Assembly (NCBI GenBank): GCA_963725215.1
Contig: CAVRXQ010000003.1
Coordinates: forward strand, 71,352 to 135,351
Direction: 5' to 3'
Source: an uncultured Acidimicrobiaceae bacterium
Lineage (GTDB): Bacteria; Actinomycetota; Acidimicrobiia; Acidimicrobiales; Bog-793
Length of the DNA stretch: 64,000 nt
Of the stretch, positions 31,941 through 40,605 are shown piece by piece. The notes under the pieces were generated by a model that was not told the DNA's origin, searched no databases, and worked only from the letters and a program-made list of their open reading frames with translations. Numbering within the stretch: position 1 is the first letter of the stretch; each line of letters begins with the position of its first letter. The position numbers and the translations under genes are program-made.

Positions 31941-32798
31941 ATGGTGGCAGCTGGCGCCCGAGGCGGCTCATGGAGGACGAGTGCAGACTGGGATGAGTTC
32001 GCGGCGTTCGCGCGGGGATTCCTCGCAACAGATCCGGAGACAAACACGCTTTCGATCACGGTGCTCGACGCCGTGATCTCGGGCCGCTTTCGCGACCCTC
32101 CCCCGATATTCGGCTGGCACGAAGAGGGACCAGTCGTCGACGGCGCGTTCTTGATGACCCCGCCGCACGAGCTGATCCTCGTCGCCAGCATCGACGAAGC
32201 CGCGGACCTTGGTCGTGAGCTGCGCGACGGCGCCTTGGTCGTCCCAGGCGTCAACTCACAGCCTGACGTCGGACGGGCGTTCGCGGCCGCTTACCTCGCG
32301 CAATCGGTAAGAGTCGCCGAATTGAAGACCCACATGGCGCTGTACCGGCTGGAGGAACTCGTCGAAGCGCCGTTTGGCGCCGAAGGAGGTCCGCGCCTTG
32401 CGACGAGCGACGACTTCGAGCTGTGCCTTTCCTACTTCAACGACATGCGCTCCGAGGTTGGAGGCGGCGTCACGGGCGATCAGCCCGACCTCGTTCAGCG
32501 ACGAATCTCGGGCGGGCTCGTTTGGCTTTGGGAGGCCGACGGAGAAGCGGTTTCGCTCGCATCGCGCGCGCCGGAGTCGGCGGGCGTCGCGAGGGTCGGG
32601 CCGGTCTACACGCCGCCGAGTTGGCGCCGGCGCGGCTTCGCGTCGGCCGTCACCCACGCGTGCACGAAGGACGCGCTCGACCACGGTGCAAGAAGTGTGG
32701 TGCTGTTCACCGACCTCACGAATCCGACCTCCAACGCGATCTACCAGTCGATCGGCTTTCGGCCGATCGGCGAACGCCTCGTGCTCGGATTCGGGTGA
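31941..32798 (+). CDS. GNAT family N-acetyltransferase (two-lobed)
   Basis: C-terminal 'YTPPSWRRRGFASAVTHACTKDAL' and 'NPTSNAIYQSIGFRPIG'. Confidence 0.75.
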   Translation: MVAAGARGGSWRTSADWDEFAAFARGFLATDPETNTLSITVLDAVISGRFRDPPPIFGWHEEGPVVDGAFLMTPPHELILVASIDEAADLGRELRDGALVVPGVNSQPDVGRAFAAAYLAQSVRVAELKTHMALYRLEELVEAPFGAEGGPRLATSDDFELCLSYFNDMRSEVGGGVTGDQPDLVQRRISGGLVWLWEADGEAVSLASRAPESAGVARVGPVYTPPSWRRRGFASAVTHACTKDALDHGARSVVLFTDLTNPTSNAIYQSIGFRPIGERLVLGFG

Positions 32799-32867
32799 AA
32801 CCGCCTTCGTTGACCGTCAAAAAGATGCCGCGATCGGAAAAGGGCTGATCCGGACTTGCGGTTCGAA

Positions 32868-35360
32868 TCAGGGATCGGGGTAGTCGGTCATCTGGTGCAC
32901 GAGGCCGACCCAGTCGGGGATCGCTTGACCGTCGCGTAGGAGCGTCGCCGTCTTGCCGGTGACGCCAGCCCGTCGAAGACGCTTTATCTCCTTCTGGCGC
33001 GCCCGCAGGAACTGCTGGGCGGTCTTGTAGCCGTGCTCGCGCAAGACGGCCTTGCGCGCTCTCGCGGCGCGCCCCGACGCCTCGCCGGGAGACTCGTATA
33101 CCCGGCGCATCTGCTCGGCCGCCGCGTCGATGTCCGGCTCGCCCCAGATGCTGTCTGGTGGATAGGGCGGAGAGCCGCGCCCGACACGAGAACGACCCGC
33201 GGGGACGAGAAAGGCGATTTCGTCTGACATGAAATCGAGGTTGCCCGAGTACCCGGTCGCGATCACCGGGACCCCGAGTGCCATCGACTCCGCGAGCGTG
33301 AGGCCGAACCCCTCCGAGCGGTGCAAGGACACGTAGCAGTTCGCCCTCGCCAACATGGCGCTGCACTCCGCCGAGGAGTAGTAGGCGTCGACGAAAAAGA
33401 TGTCCGGACGATCACCGATCGCGTCGCGAATCCCCGCCGCGTCGACGGTCCGTTCGTCGGCGTTGATCGACTTCAAAACGAGGCTCGGTCCCTCTCCCGG
33501 ATCGAACGCCCGACAGAAGGCTTTGATCAGGCCGAGCGGGTTTTTTCGCGAGACCGTGCTCAAGAAGTCGAACATGAAAAAGAAGACGAATCCTTCCGGC
33601 ATGCCGAGGCGAGCAACATCGATCGAGGGATCGACTTCGGGAACCTCGACGGGATAGCCGACGACGAACACCGGGACGTCGGTGATCGTGCGAATCGCCC
33701 GAGCGCAGTAGTCACTCGGCACCCAGATCTCGTCCAAAAAGCGCGCCACGTCGCCCATCTGGGGTGGCGGGTTCTCCGTTTCCCACGCCCAGCAGCCGAC
33801 GCTGTAGCGCCCGTCGAAGAAGTCCGGACCGACAAGCCGGGAGAAATAGACGAACTGGTCCGCGTTGACGCAAACGACGTTGGTCGAAAGATTTGTCGCC
33901 GTCTCTGAGTCGGTGACCGACACGTCGTGCTGGCGGCTCCGTGTGAGCGAGAACGAGAACCCGCTGCTCGCGACGCGAGCCCTTCGCATCGCGACGAGGA
34001 AACGACGCGCAGCGTCTCCGATCCCGAGTTCGGCGCGCAAGTAGCCGGTGACCAAAAAGCCGTCACGAAGCGAACCCGGCGGGTCCCACTTCGGTAGCTC
34101 GATCGTCGGCCAGGCCCCGCGCTCGTACGCCTCCTCGATGACCTCAGGCGGGATCCGGTACTCGTGGTGCGCCCAGTCGCGCGCCCAGTCCCTGAAGCCA
34201 GACGCGTCGGCGAGTGAGAGTTCGGGGAACGCGGCACGGAGGTCGGCACGGGCTTGATAGATCCCATAGAAGAACCGAGCCGTGTTCGGCGCGCGGTCAT
34301 TCGCCGGTTCAACCGAAGCCAGCCAGCGGTAGAACGCCGGCAAGGTCGCCGGGTTGAAGGGGTCCGGTGGAGGCTCGTATTTCAGCCCTTCCACCGCCGC
34401 GACCACCGCGTCGCGCACGCTTTGTCGGATCCTGCGGTTCATCGCGAACTCGTCGGGCAACTTCGCCCATCGGTATTCAGCGAGCACAGACGAGTCGGAT
34501 CCGGCCGCTTGCAGCTCGCTCGCGTACGAGCGACACAACGATTTCATCGCATCGTCCTCGGCGAGGATCGGACCTCCCGAGGAGTCTCCTTCTGGGAGAA
34601 GCGCCCACGGACGGGTCGGGTCGAAGCCGTCGAAGTGGAAGATGACGAGCGGGTCGTTCTCGACGAAGTATCGCCCGTCGCGCCGGGTGAGCCTGCGGGT
34701 GTGCAGGTGCCAGTGGCCGACGCCCATGCCCGCTCGATCCATCACGGCGACGTCGATCTCTCCGACCCCGAGTGCGTCGAAGTCGTCGTGCATCGAGTCA
34801 CCGAAGATCACCTGCGGGTGCGCCCCGATGCGGGCTCGGGAGTGGACCGCTGTCAGCCACTCGCGCGCGCGCTCGTTCGCTCCGAGAAAGCCGGGCGTCC
34901 AGACGCGCAGTTCTTCGGGATGCTCGGCGTGGCTCCGGGCGCCTTCGGATTCTTCGGTCGCCGTCGCGAGCGGGACACGAACGACGGCGTGGGAAGAGAG
35001 CGCATCCGCGACCACGCCGAGATCTCGGAACAGCACCGAGTCGGGGGAAAGGAACAGCGCGCCATCGACATCCGCGTCGTCCAGGCACGCGAGCATCAGC
35101 TTCGGTCGTACCCAGAGCGAGAGCTCGCTCGCCGACAGGTGCGCGGCGGCGATATGGAACTCCTCTTCGGTGATGCCGATGTCGAGCGCGCGGACGCGCT
35201 CGAACTCAGACGGGGCCGGCTCCGACTCGCTGGACGGATCGTCGAGGACGACGACTCGAAGGCGCTCGCCGCCGTGATGCTCGGTGACCGATCGCGCGAG
35301 CACGCGAACGGGCGCCAGTTGTGCCTGCGTCGCGACCGAACAGACGCGCAACCTCGTCAT
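32868..35360 (-). CDS. Large two-domain glycosyltransferase (N-terminal GT-A/GT8-like, C-terminal GT4)
   Basis: 830 aa. N-terminus 'LRVCSVATQAQLAPVRVLARSV'. C-terminus 'RSEGFGLTLAESMALGVPVIATGYSGNLDFM'. Confidence 0.75.
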   Translation of the reverse strand: MTRLRVCSVATQAQLAPVRVLARSVTEHHGGERLRVVVLDDPSSESEPAPSEFERVRALDIGITEEEFHIAAAHLSASELSLWVRPKLMLACLDDADVDGALFLSPDSVLFRDLGVVADALSSHAVVRVPLATATEESEGARSHAEHPEELRVWTPGFLGANERAREWLTAVHSRARIGAHPQVIFGDSMHDDFDALGVGEIDVAVMDRAGMGVGHWHLHTRRLTRRDGRYFVENDPLVIFHFDGFDPTRPWALLPEGDSSGGPILAEDDAMKSLCRSYASELQAAGSDSSVLAEYRWAKLPDEFAMNRRIRQSVRDAVVAAVEGLKYEPPPDPFNPATLPAFYRWLASVEPANDRAPNTARFFYGIYQARADLRAAFPELSLADASGFRDWARDWAHHEYRIPPEVIEEAYERGAWPTIELPKWDPPGSLRDGFLVTGYLRAELGIGDAARRFLVAMRRARVASSGFSFSLTRSRQHDVSVTDSETATNLSTNVVCVNADQFVYFSRLVGPDFFDGRYSVGCWAWETENPPPQMGDVARFLDEIWVPSDYCARAIRTITDVPVFVVGYPVEVPEVDPSIDVARLGMPEGFVFFFMFDFLSTVSRKNPLGLIKAFCRAFDPGEGPSLVLKSINADERTVDAAGIRDAIGDRPDIFFVDAYYSSAECSAMLARANCYVSLHRSEGFGLTLAESMALGVPVIATGYSGNLDFMSDEIAFLVPAGRSRVGRGSPPYPPDSIWGEPDIDAAAEQMRRVYESPGEASGRAARARKAVLREHGYKTAQQFLRARQKEIKRLRRAGVTGKTATLLRDGQAIPDWVGLVHQMTDYPDP

Positions 35361-35758
35361 CAGCTCAGCTCGCGCGCCGCGAGGAGTCCGCGCATCTCCG
35401 AACGTGCGGCGCGGACGTGCTGCGCCACGGTGGCCGAGGCGTCAATTCCAACTCGAAAGCAACGGGCAGGAAGTCCGTGCGGATGAGAGTACGCACCGCG
35501 AGCGCCAGACACCATCGACGAGCCCTCAGACGTCTGCGGTGGCAGCCACCGGCAGCGGTCGTGCGTTGTCGATCTCCGGCGAGAGGGACTCTCCGTTCCC
35601 CCGATTAACAGCCCGGCGATCCCGAGCGAGATCCCGCGGACCTGGTGCAGGTAGATGAGGAGGAACGGCATCGTGAGTCCGCTGCCCAAGACGGACACGA
35701 AGTTCGCCGCGAGCAAAGCGCGGAGGTGTCGCGGAATTCGCTCTCGGGACTCGACCAT
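35360..35758 (-). pseudogene. Remnant of an MFS transporter gene (N-terminal ~50 codons only)
   Basis: 'LRALLAANFVSVLGSGLTMPFLLIYLHQVRGISLGIAGLLIGG' and then nonsense. The next gene begins at 35360, so there is no room for a full MFS. Confidence 0.5.
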
Positions 35759-35859
35759 CGGTTCATTGTCACATCCCGCCCGGCGGGCCTAGACGGGGTG
35801 ACGTGTGTCGATGAGCGTCCTGCAAAAAAAGTTGCACGGTGCGCGCGACGCCGCTTCCG

Positions 35860-37191
35860 TTACACGGATTCGACGCGCTCTTCGATCACTTCGAGTTGCG
35901 CGACGACTTTGTCCGCATCTCCGACGACGATGGTCGAAAGCTGAGAGGGCGCGAGGTAGCGGCGAGCCGCATCGTTCGCTTCGGCGAGCGAAACACGGCT
36001 CAGTTTCGCGGGATACGAACCGAGGTAGCTCGGTTCGACGCCGTCGGCCAAAAGACGCGCGAGCGTCGACGCCAATCCGGCTTGGGTCGCGGTCGAATAG
36101 AGGAACGAACCGATTGCGTAGCGGCGCGACGCGTCGAGCTCATCTTGAACCAACCCTGATGTCGCGACGCGCCCGAGCTCGTAACGGGTTTCGACGAGCG
36201 AGGCCGCCGTCGCCTCGGTCGCGACTTCGGCGGAGAACGTCGACACGGACCCGGCGCGACCGTGTCGCACCCGAAGCCGCGGGGAGTACGAGTAGCCGTT
36301 GCGCTCGCGCAGGTTGGCGACGAGCCGAGAGGTGAACATGCCTCCTGTCGCCAGCGTCGCGAGCATCATCGCCGGCCAATCCGGTGACATCCGGTCGGGC
36401 GCCGCCCCGCCGATCCTCAAGTTGCTCTGGACCGCTCCAGGTCGATCCCGAAGCGAGAGCGGGGCGGGTTCGACGCCTTTTACGCGGGCGAGCTTCGTCG
36501 ATTTGCGCCGCGATGTCGCGATCCACTCGCCGAGCGCGTCCTCGGCGACACGGGCGACTTTTCGCGCTTCAACGTCCCCGACGACGACGATCTGCGCACC
36601 TTTCGACGACAGCATCGTTCGGTACAGGTCGCGAAGCACCGGGCTGCTGACGCGACGAATCGCGGCGGGCCGGGGGATGCGTGTCGCGTACGGATGACCA
36701 GGAAACATCGTCTCGTCGAACACCTCATCTGCGATCACCCCCGGCCTGCTGAGCACGATCTCGACCTCGTCCGCGGTGCGCGTCCGATCGGCGCTCACCT
36801 CAGATGCCGGGAACGTCGCCTCGGCGAGAACCTCGTCTATAAGCGCGAACAGCTCGGTCAGGTTCGAAGCGAGAGCGGACGCCCCGACGACGAATGTGTC
36901 GCGGTCGACGTACGCGCCGAGTGAGCCGCCGAGTCGCTCGATCGCCGAGGCGATTTCGTTGCGATCAAGACGCTCGGTCCCCGCGAGGAGCGACTCCGAA
37001 AGCACAAGTGGCTCGGCGGGACTCGTGATCTGATCAGAAGACATCGGCAACACGATCCGCACCTCGACGAGCGGCACGCTCGGGCGCCGAACGGCCACCA
37101 CGCGCACACCGCCTTCGATCTCTGCCGAAACGATCGACGGTGCCTTTGGCGCCGCGAGGTCGCGCACCGGCGGGCGCACATTGGTCGTCAT
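35860..37191 (-). CDS. M16 family peptidase, non-catalytic partner (no HxxEH)
   Basis: Pitrilysin-fold length and sequence. No zinc motif is visible. Lies 10 nt downstream of its partner. Confidence 0.75.
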   Translation of the reverse strand: MTTNVRPPVRDLAAPKAPSIVSAEIEGGVRVVAVRRPSVPLVEVRIVLPMSSDQITSPAEPLVLSESLLAGTERLDRNEIASAIERLGGSLGAYVDRDTFVVGASALASNLTELFALIDEVLAEATFPASEVSADRTRTADEVEIVLSRPGVIADEVFDETMFPGHPYATRIPRPAAIRRVSSPVLRDLYRTMLSSKGAQIVVVGDVEARKVARVAEDALGEWIATSRRKSTKLARVKGVEPAPLSLRDRPGAVQSNLRIGGAAPDRMSPDWPAMMLATLATGGMFTSRLVANLRERNGYSYSPRLRVRHGRAGSVSTFSAEVATEATAASLVETRYELGRVATSGLVQDELDASRRYAIGSFLYSTATQAGLASTLARLLADGVEPSYLGSYPAKLSRVSLAEANDAARRYLAPSQLSTIVVGDADKVVAQLEVIEERVESV

Positions 37192-37201
37192 CGGTGGGTG
37201 C

Positions 37202-38497
37202 TCATGAACGTCGGCGCTTCGACGGACGGATCTCGACGACCGCTTGGCGTTGCGACGAAAGATCTGCCGCGGCAAGCGCGACGTCGCCTGCGCTGATCTC
37301 GGAGACCTTCGCCGGGATCTCGTCGATCAGTTCGGCTCGGCCGTGGATGACTTCGAGGCAGGCGAGCGAGACCGAACGCTGCAGCAAAGAGTCGAGCGCG
37401 CGGAAGAACCCGGACCGCCACTTGATCGCGACCCGCTCGAGCTCGTCCTCGGTCGGACCGTCGTTCGCGAGCCTGGTCATTTCCTCGTCGATCACGCCGA
37501 TGATCTGAGCGGTGCGCTTCACGCCGGGGTGGTGCACGACGACTTGGAACAGCATCGGGTCGCGCATGAATATCGCGTCCTCGCCGAACACTCCGAGCTG
37601 ACACCCCACGTCGGTCACGCTCCGGTCCTTGTGCACGAGTCGACTGCGGAGCCGGCTCGCTTCGCCGCTCGATAGCACGCTTGCGACGATCGAGTATGCG
37701 AGGTTTTGATCGAAATCTCTCACCGGATCCGGCGTGCGCAGCCCGATGACGAACGCCGGTTGCGGCCCGATCGGGTCGTCGATCACCTTGCGGCGTGGCT
37801 CGCGAAGCGGGGGCTCGGGCCATGGCCCGTGCGGCGGCGTCGCAACCCGCGGGATCTGATCGAAGTGACGCTCGGCGAGGCGGACGACCTCTTGGGGGTC
37901 GCAGTCGCCCGCCACGGCGAGGACGGCGTTCTCGGGCGAGTAGTAGCTCTTGTGGAAGGCGACCGCGTCGGAGACGGTCGCCTCTTCGAGATGTGAGAAG
38001 TCGCCGTAGCCGTTGTGCGAGTTCGGGTACGTGTCGAAGGCGAGCGCGGGGAGGACGATCCAGGGGAACCCCCCATAGGGCTGGTTCAACACGTTCACCT
38101 TGATCTCTTCTTCGACGACCGAGATCTGGTTCTTCAGGTTCTCTTCGGTGATCGCCGGCGCCGCCATGCGATCGGCTTCGAGGAACAGCGCAAGGTCGAG
38201 CGCGCCGGAGGGAAGAGTCTCGTAGTACGCGGTCAGGTCGGCGAGCGTGTGCCCGTTGAACACGCCGCCGGAAGATTCGACGAGACGGATGTGTTCGACC
38301 TTGGCCACGTTGCGCGAGCCCTGGAACATCATGTGCTCAAACAGGTGCGCGAAGCCCGTACGCCCTTCGGGCTCGGATCGGAATCCGACGTCGTACGCGA
38401 CCGCCACGCCGACAAGGGGCGTCGATCGGTCCGGCGCGATGACGACGCGTAGACCGTTGTCGAGCTGCGTGTGTTCGAGCGTTCGCGCGCCCTTCAT
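37202..38497 (-). CDS. M16 family zinc peptidase (pitrilysin-like), catalytic subunit
   Basis: 'GFAHLFEHMMFQGS' HxxEH motif. Confidence 0.88.
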   Translation of the reverse strand: MKGARTLEHTQLDNGLRVVIAPDRSTPLVGVAVAYDVGFRSEPEGRTGFAHLFEHMMFQGSRNVAKVEHIRLVESSGGVFNGHTLADLTAYYETLPSGALDLALFLEADRMAAPAITEENLKNQISVVEEEIKVNVLNQPYGGFPWIVLPALAFDTYPNSHNGYGDFSHLEEATVSDAVAFHKSYYSPENAVLAVAGDCDPQEVVRLAERHFDQIPRVATPPHGPWPEPPLREPRRKVIDDPIGPQPAFVIGLRTPDPVRDFDQNLAYSIVASVLSSGEASRLRSRLVHKDRSVTDVGCQLGVFGEDAIFMRDPMLFQVVVHHPGVKRTAQIIGVIDEEMTRLANDGPTEDELERVAIKWRSGFFRALDSLLQRSVSLACLEVIHGRAELIDEIPAKVSEISAGDVALAAADLSSQRQAVVEIRPSKRRRS

Positions 38498-38651
38498 CGT
38501 GGTCACCCGGGCACGGTAGCGGAGTCGCACGGGCACGACGACGGCCGAGGTCAGATCGCGCTCACCTTGCGAACGATCGCAAATCCGTCAGACAATTCGC
38601 GATCGAATCACCAGCCGCCGTGAGAGACGGACCGATATCGTCGTTTTTCCA

Positions 38652-39202
38652 ATGAGCAACGAAATCGCGAACGCGCGCCGAGAACCTCCCGCCGCGGGCG
38701 ACGAAACGGCGACACTGCTCGGATCGCTCGAACGTCAGCGGGCGATCTTCGCGTGGAAGTGCTCCGGCGTGGACGCGAACGGACTCGCCAAGACCTTCGG
38801 CCCGTCGACGCTCACCCTCGGTGGTTTGCTCAAACACCTCGCGCTCGTCGAGGACGACTACTTCACTCGGCGCCTGCACGGCCGAAAGATCGGGCCGCCC
38901 TGGGACTCGATCGACTGGAACGTCGACCCGGATTGGGAATTTCGATCTGCGCGCGAGGACAGCCCCGATGAACTCATGGCGCTCTGGGAAGGCGCCGTCG
39001 CCCGCTCGCCGCGGCTGTCGCCGAAGCGCTCGCCCACGGCGGAGTCGACCAGCTCGGAAAGACCGTCATGTCGAACGGCGAGACGCCGAGTCTTCGCCGT
39101 TACCTGATCGACCTGATCGAGGAGTACTCCCGCCACGTCGGCCACGCCGACCTCATTCGCGAGTCAGTGGACGGGCTCGTCGGCGAGGATCCTCCTCGCT
39201 GA
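38652..39202 (+). pseudogene. DinB/DUF664 family protein, interrupted by a -1 frameshift near 39003-39011
   Basis: N-terminal frame ends '[13 protein letters not shown]' followed by junk. The other frame continues '[63 protein letters not shown]'. Confidence 0.75.
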
Positions 39203-39222
39203 GCTCCAGATACCCTGCCGAC

Positions 39223-39516
39223 GTGGCGGATTACTTCCTCGTCGAGACTGCGCGCGGCCCTAGATGGACGGACAAAAAGGCACGACGCGAACAAGAAGGC
39301 TGGGAGTTGCACGCCTCCTTCATGGACGGCTTGGTCGATGAAGGATTCATCGTGATGGGCGGCCCGGTCGGCGAACTCGACGCGGATCGCGCCCTTCTCG
39401 TCGTGAAAGCGCACGACGAAGAAGAAGCGAGAGCGCGGTTGGAATCCGACCCGTGGACCGACAACGTGCTCTCGATCGTGAGCATCCGGCCGTGGACGAT
39501 CTGGCTGCGACGGTGA
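39223..39516 (+). CDS. YciI-like protein
   Basis: 'YFLVETARGPRWTD...REQEGWELHASFMDGLVDEGFIVMGGP...LLVVKAHDEEEARARLESDPW' from in-frame GTG 39223. Confidence 0.7.
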   Translation: MADYFLVETARGPRWTDKKARREQEGWELHASFMDGLVDEGFIVMGGPVGELDADRALLVVKAHDEEEARARLESDPWTDNVLSIVSIRPWTIWLRR

Positions 39517-40100
39517 CGAGCGTGGGGCTCAGAATTGGCAACCTCGAAGCGACGCCCGTTCTCGAACGACCAGACCTCGTCGCCGAGCCGGTATTCGATA
39601 CCCTCCGGGCACACCCCGATCTGGCCGTCGGTGTCGGCGTTGCCGAGATCGACCCGGCGTGCGCCGACACCGAGAATTTCTGCGCCGCGTACGGAGTCGA
39701 CCCCGCCGTCTCGGCCAACTGCGTGATCGTCGCAGGCAAGCGACAGGGCGAGCTGCGCTTCGCGGCGTGTGTCGTTCTCGCGACCACTCGCACCGACGTC
39801 AACACTGTCGTGAGACGTCAACTCGACGTGCGCAAGGTCAGCTTCGCTCCAATCGACGAAGCCGTGCGACTCGCCGGAATGGAATACGGCGGCATCACGC
39901 CGATCGGTCTGCCAAGAACGTGGCCCGTTCTCGTCGATGCGGCGGTAGCGCAGGCGGGCAGGGTTGTCATCGGCAGCGGCCTTCGACGATCGAAACTGAC
40001 GGTCCCTACTGACCTCTTTTCGAACCTCACAGAAGTCGTTGTGCTCCCGGGCCTCGGCCAGGCGAGGCGCGCATCCGACACGCAGATACTCAATCAGTGA
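39513..40100 (+). CDS. YbaK/EbsC-type aminoacyl-tRNA deacylase domain protein
   Basis: 'NCVIVAGKRQGELRFAACVVLATTRTDVN' and 'GMEYGGITPIGLP'. GTG 39513 overlaps the YciI stop. Confidence 0.75.
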   Translation: MTSVGLRIGNLEATPVLERPDLVAEPVFDTLRAHPDLAVGVGVAEIDPACADTENFCAAYGVDPAVSANCVIVAGKRQGELRFAACVVLATTRTDVNTVVRRQLDVRKVSFAPIDEAVRLAGMEYGGITPIGLPRTWPVLVDAAVAQAGRVVIGSGLRRSKLTVPTDLFSNLTEVVVLPGLGQARRASDTQILNQ

Positions 40101-40114
40101 GGTGACCCGCTCAT

Positions 40115-40373
40115 ATGCGACACGCGACCGAGCAAGACCTCGATCAACTCGAAAGGTTCCTCTCGGAGCTCCGCGCGAGAGCGCCGACGCGGCTCTTTCG
40201 CTCGAGGTTCGAAGGCGTTCCTTCACAGCCACGCTGACGATGGGGATCTCTACGTTGACGTTCGACTTGGCAAGGGGCGATTCGATCGGGTACTGGTGAC
40301 TAGCCCCGAGGAACAAGCCGATCTGGTCGCCCGGATACGCGACGCCCTCCCGCAACCTCGCTTGAGCGACTGA
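40115..40373 (+). pseudogene. Small conserved-looking ORF (~85 aa) split by a single-base frameshift near 40175-40185
   Basis: ATG 40115 frame reads 'MRHATEQDLDQLERFLSELRAR'. The +1 frame continues 'ERRRGSFARGSKAFLHSHADDGDLYVDVRLGKGRFDRVLVTSPEEQADLVARIRDAL'. Confidence 0.5.
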
Positions 40374-40605
40374 CGTTCGGAGTGCCAGCGAGCTCGTGTT
40401 CGCCTGCGCGTTCTTCTGGAGCCGGAGTCGGGCCGCTCTCACCGTTCCTGTTCGTTCGGCACCGGGAATTCGGACACTCAGCTACCCGTCAGTCGGTATC
40501 GGCTCGGGGGGGGCGGGCTGAGAGGGCTAGCGCGGCGCGCTTGGCGTTAGCAAGGCGATGCGCAAGACGGTTGAGCGGGCATGGATCGGCGAGCTACAGA
40601 TGCGG

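Noticed and set aside
39231-40442. 403-aa minus-strand ORF
   Set aside because: It runs antisense to the well-supported YciI and YbaK genes and has low-complexity, Arg/Ser/Ala-rich composition. This is a typical shadow ORF of GC-rich DNA.
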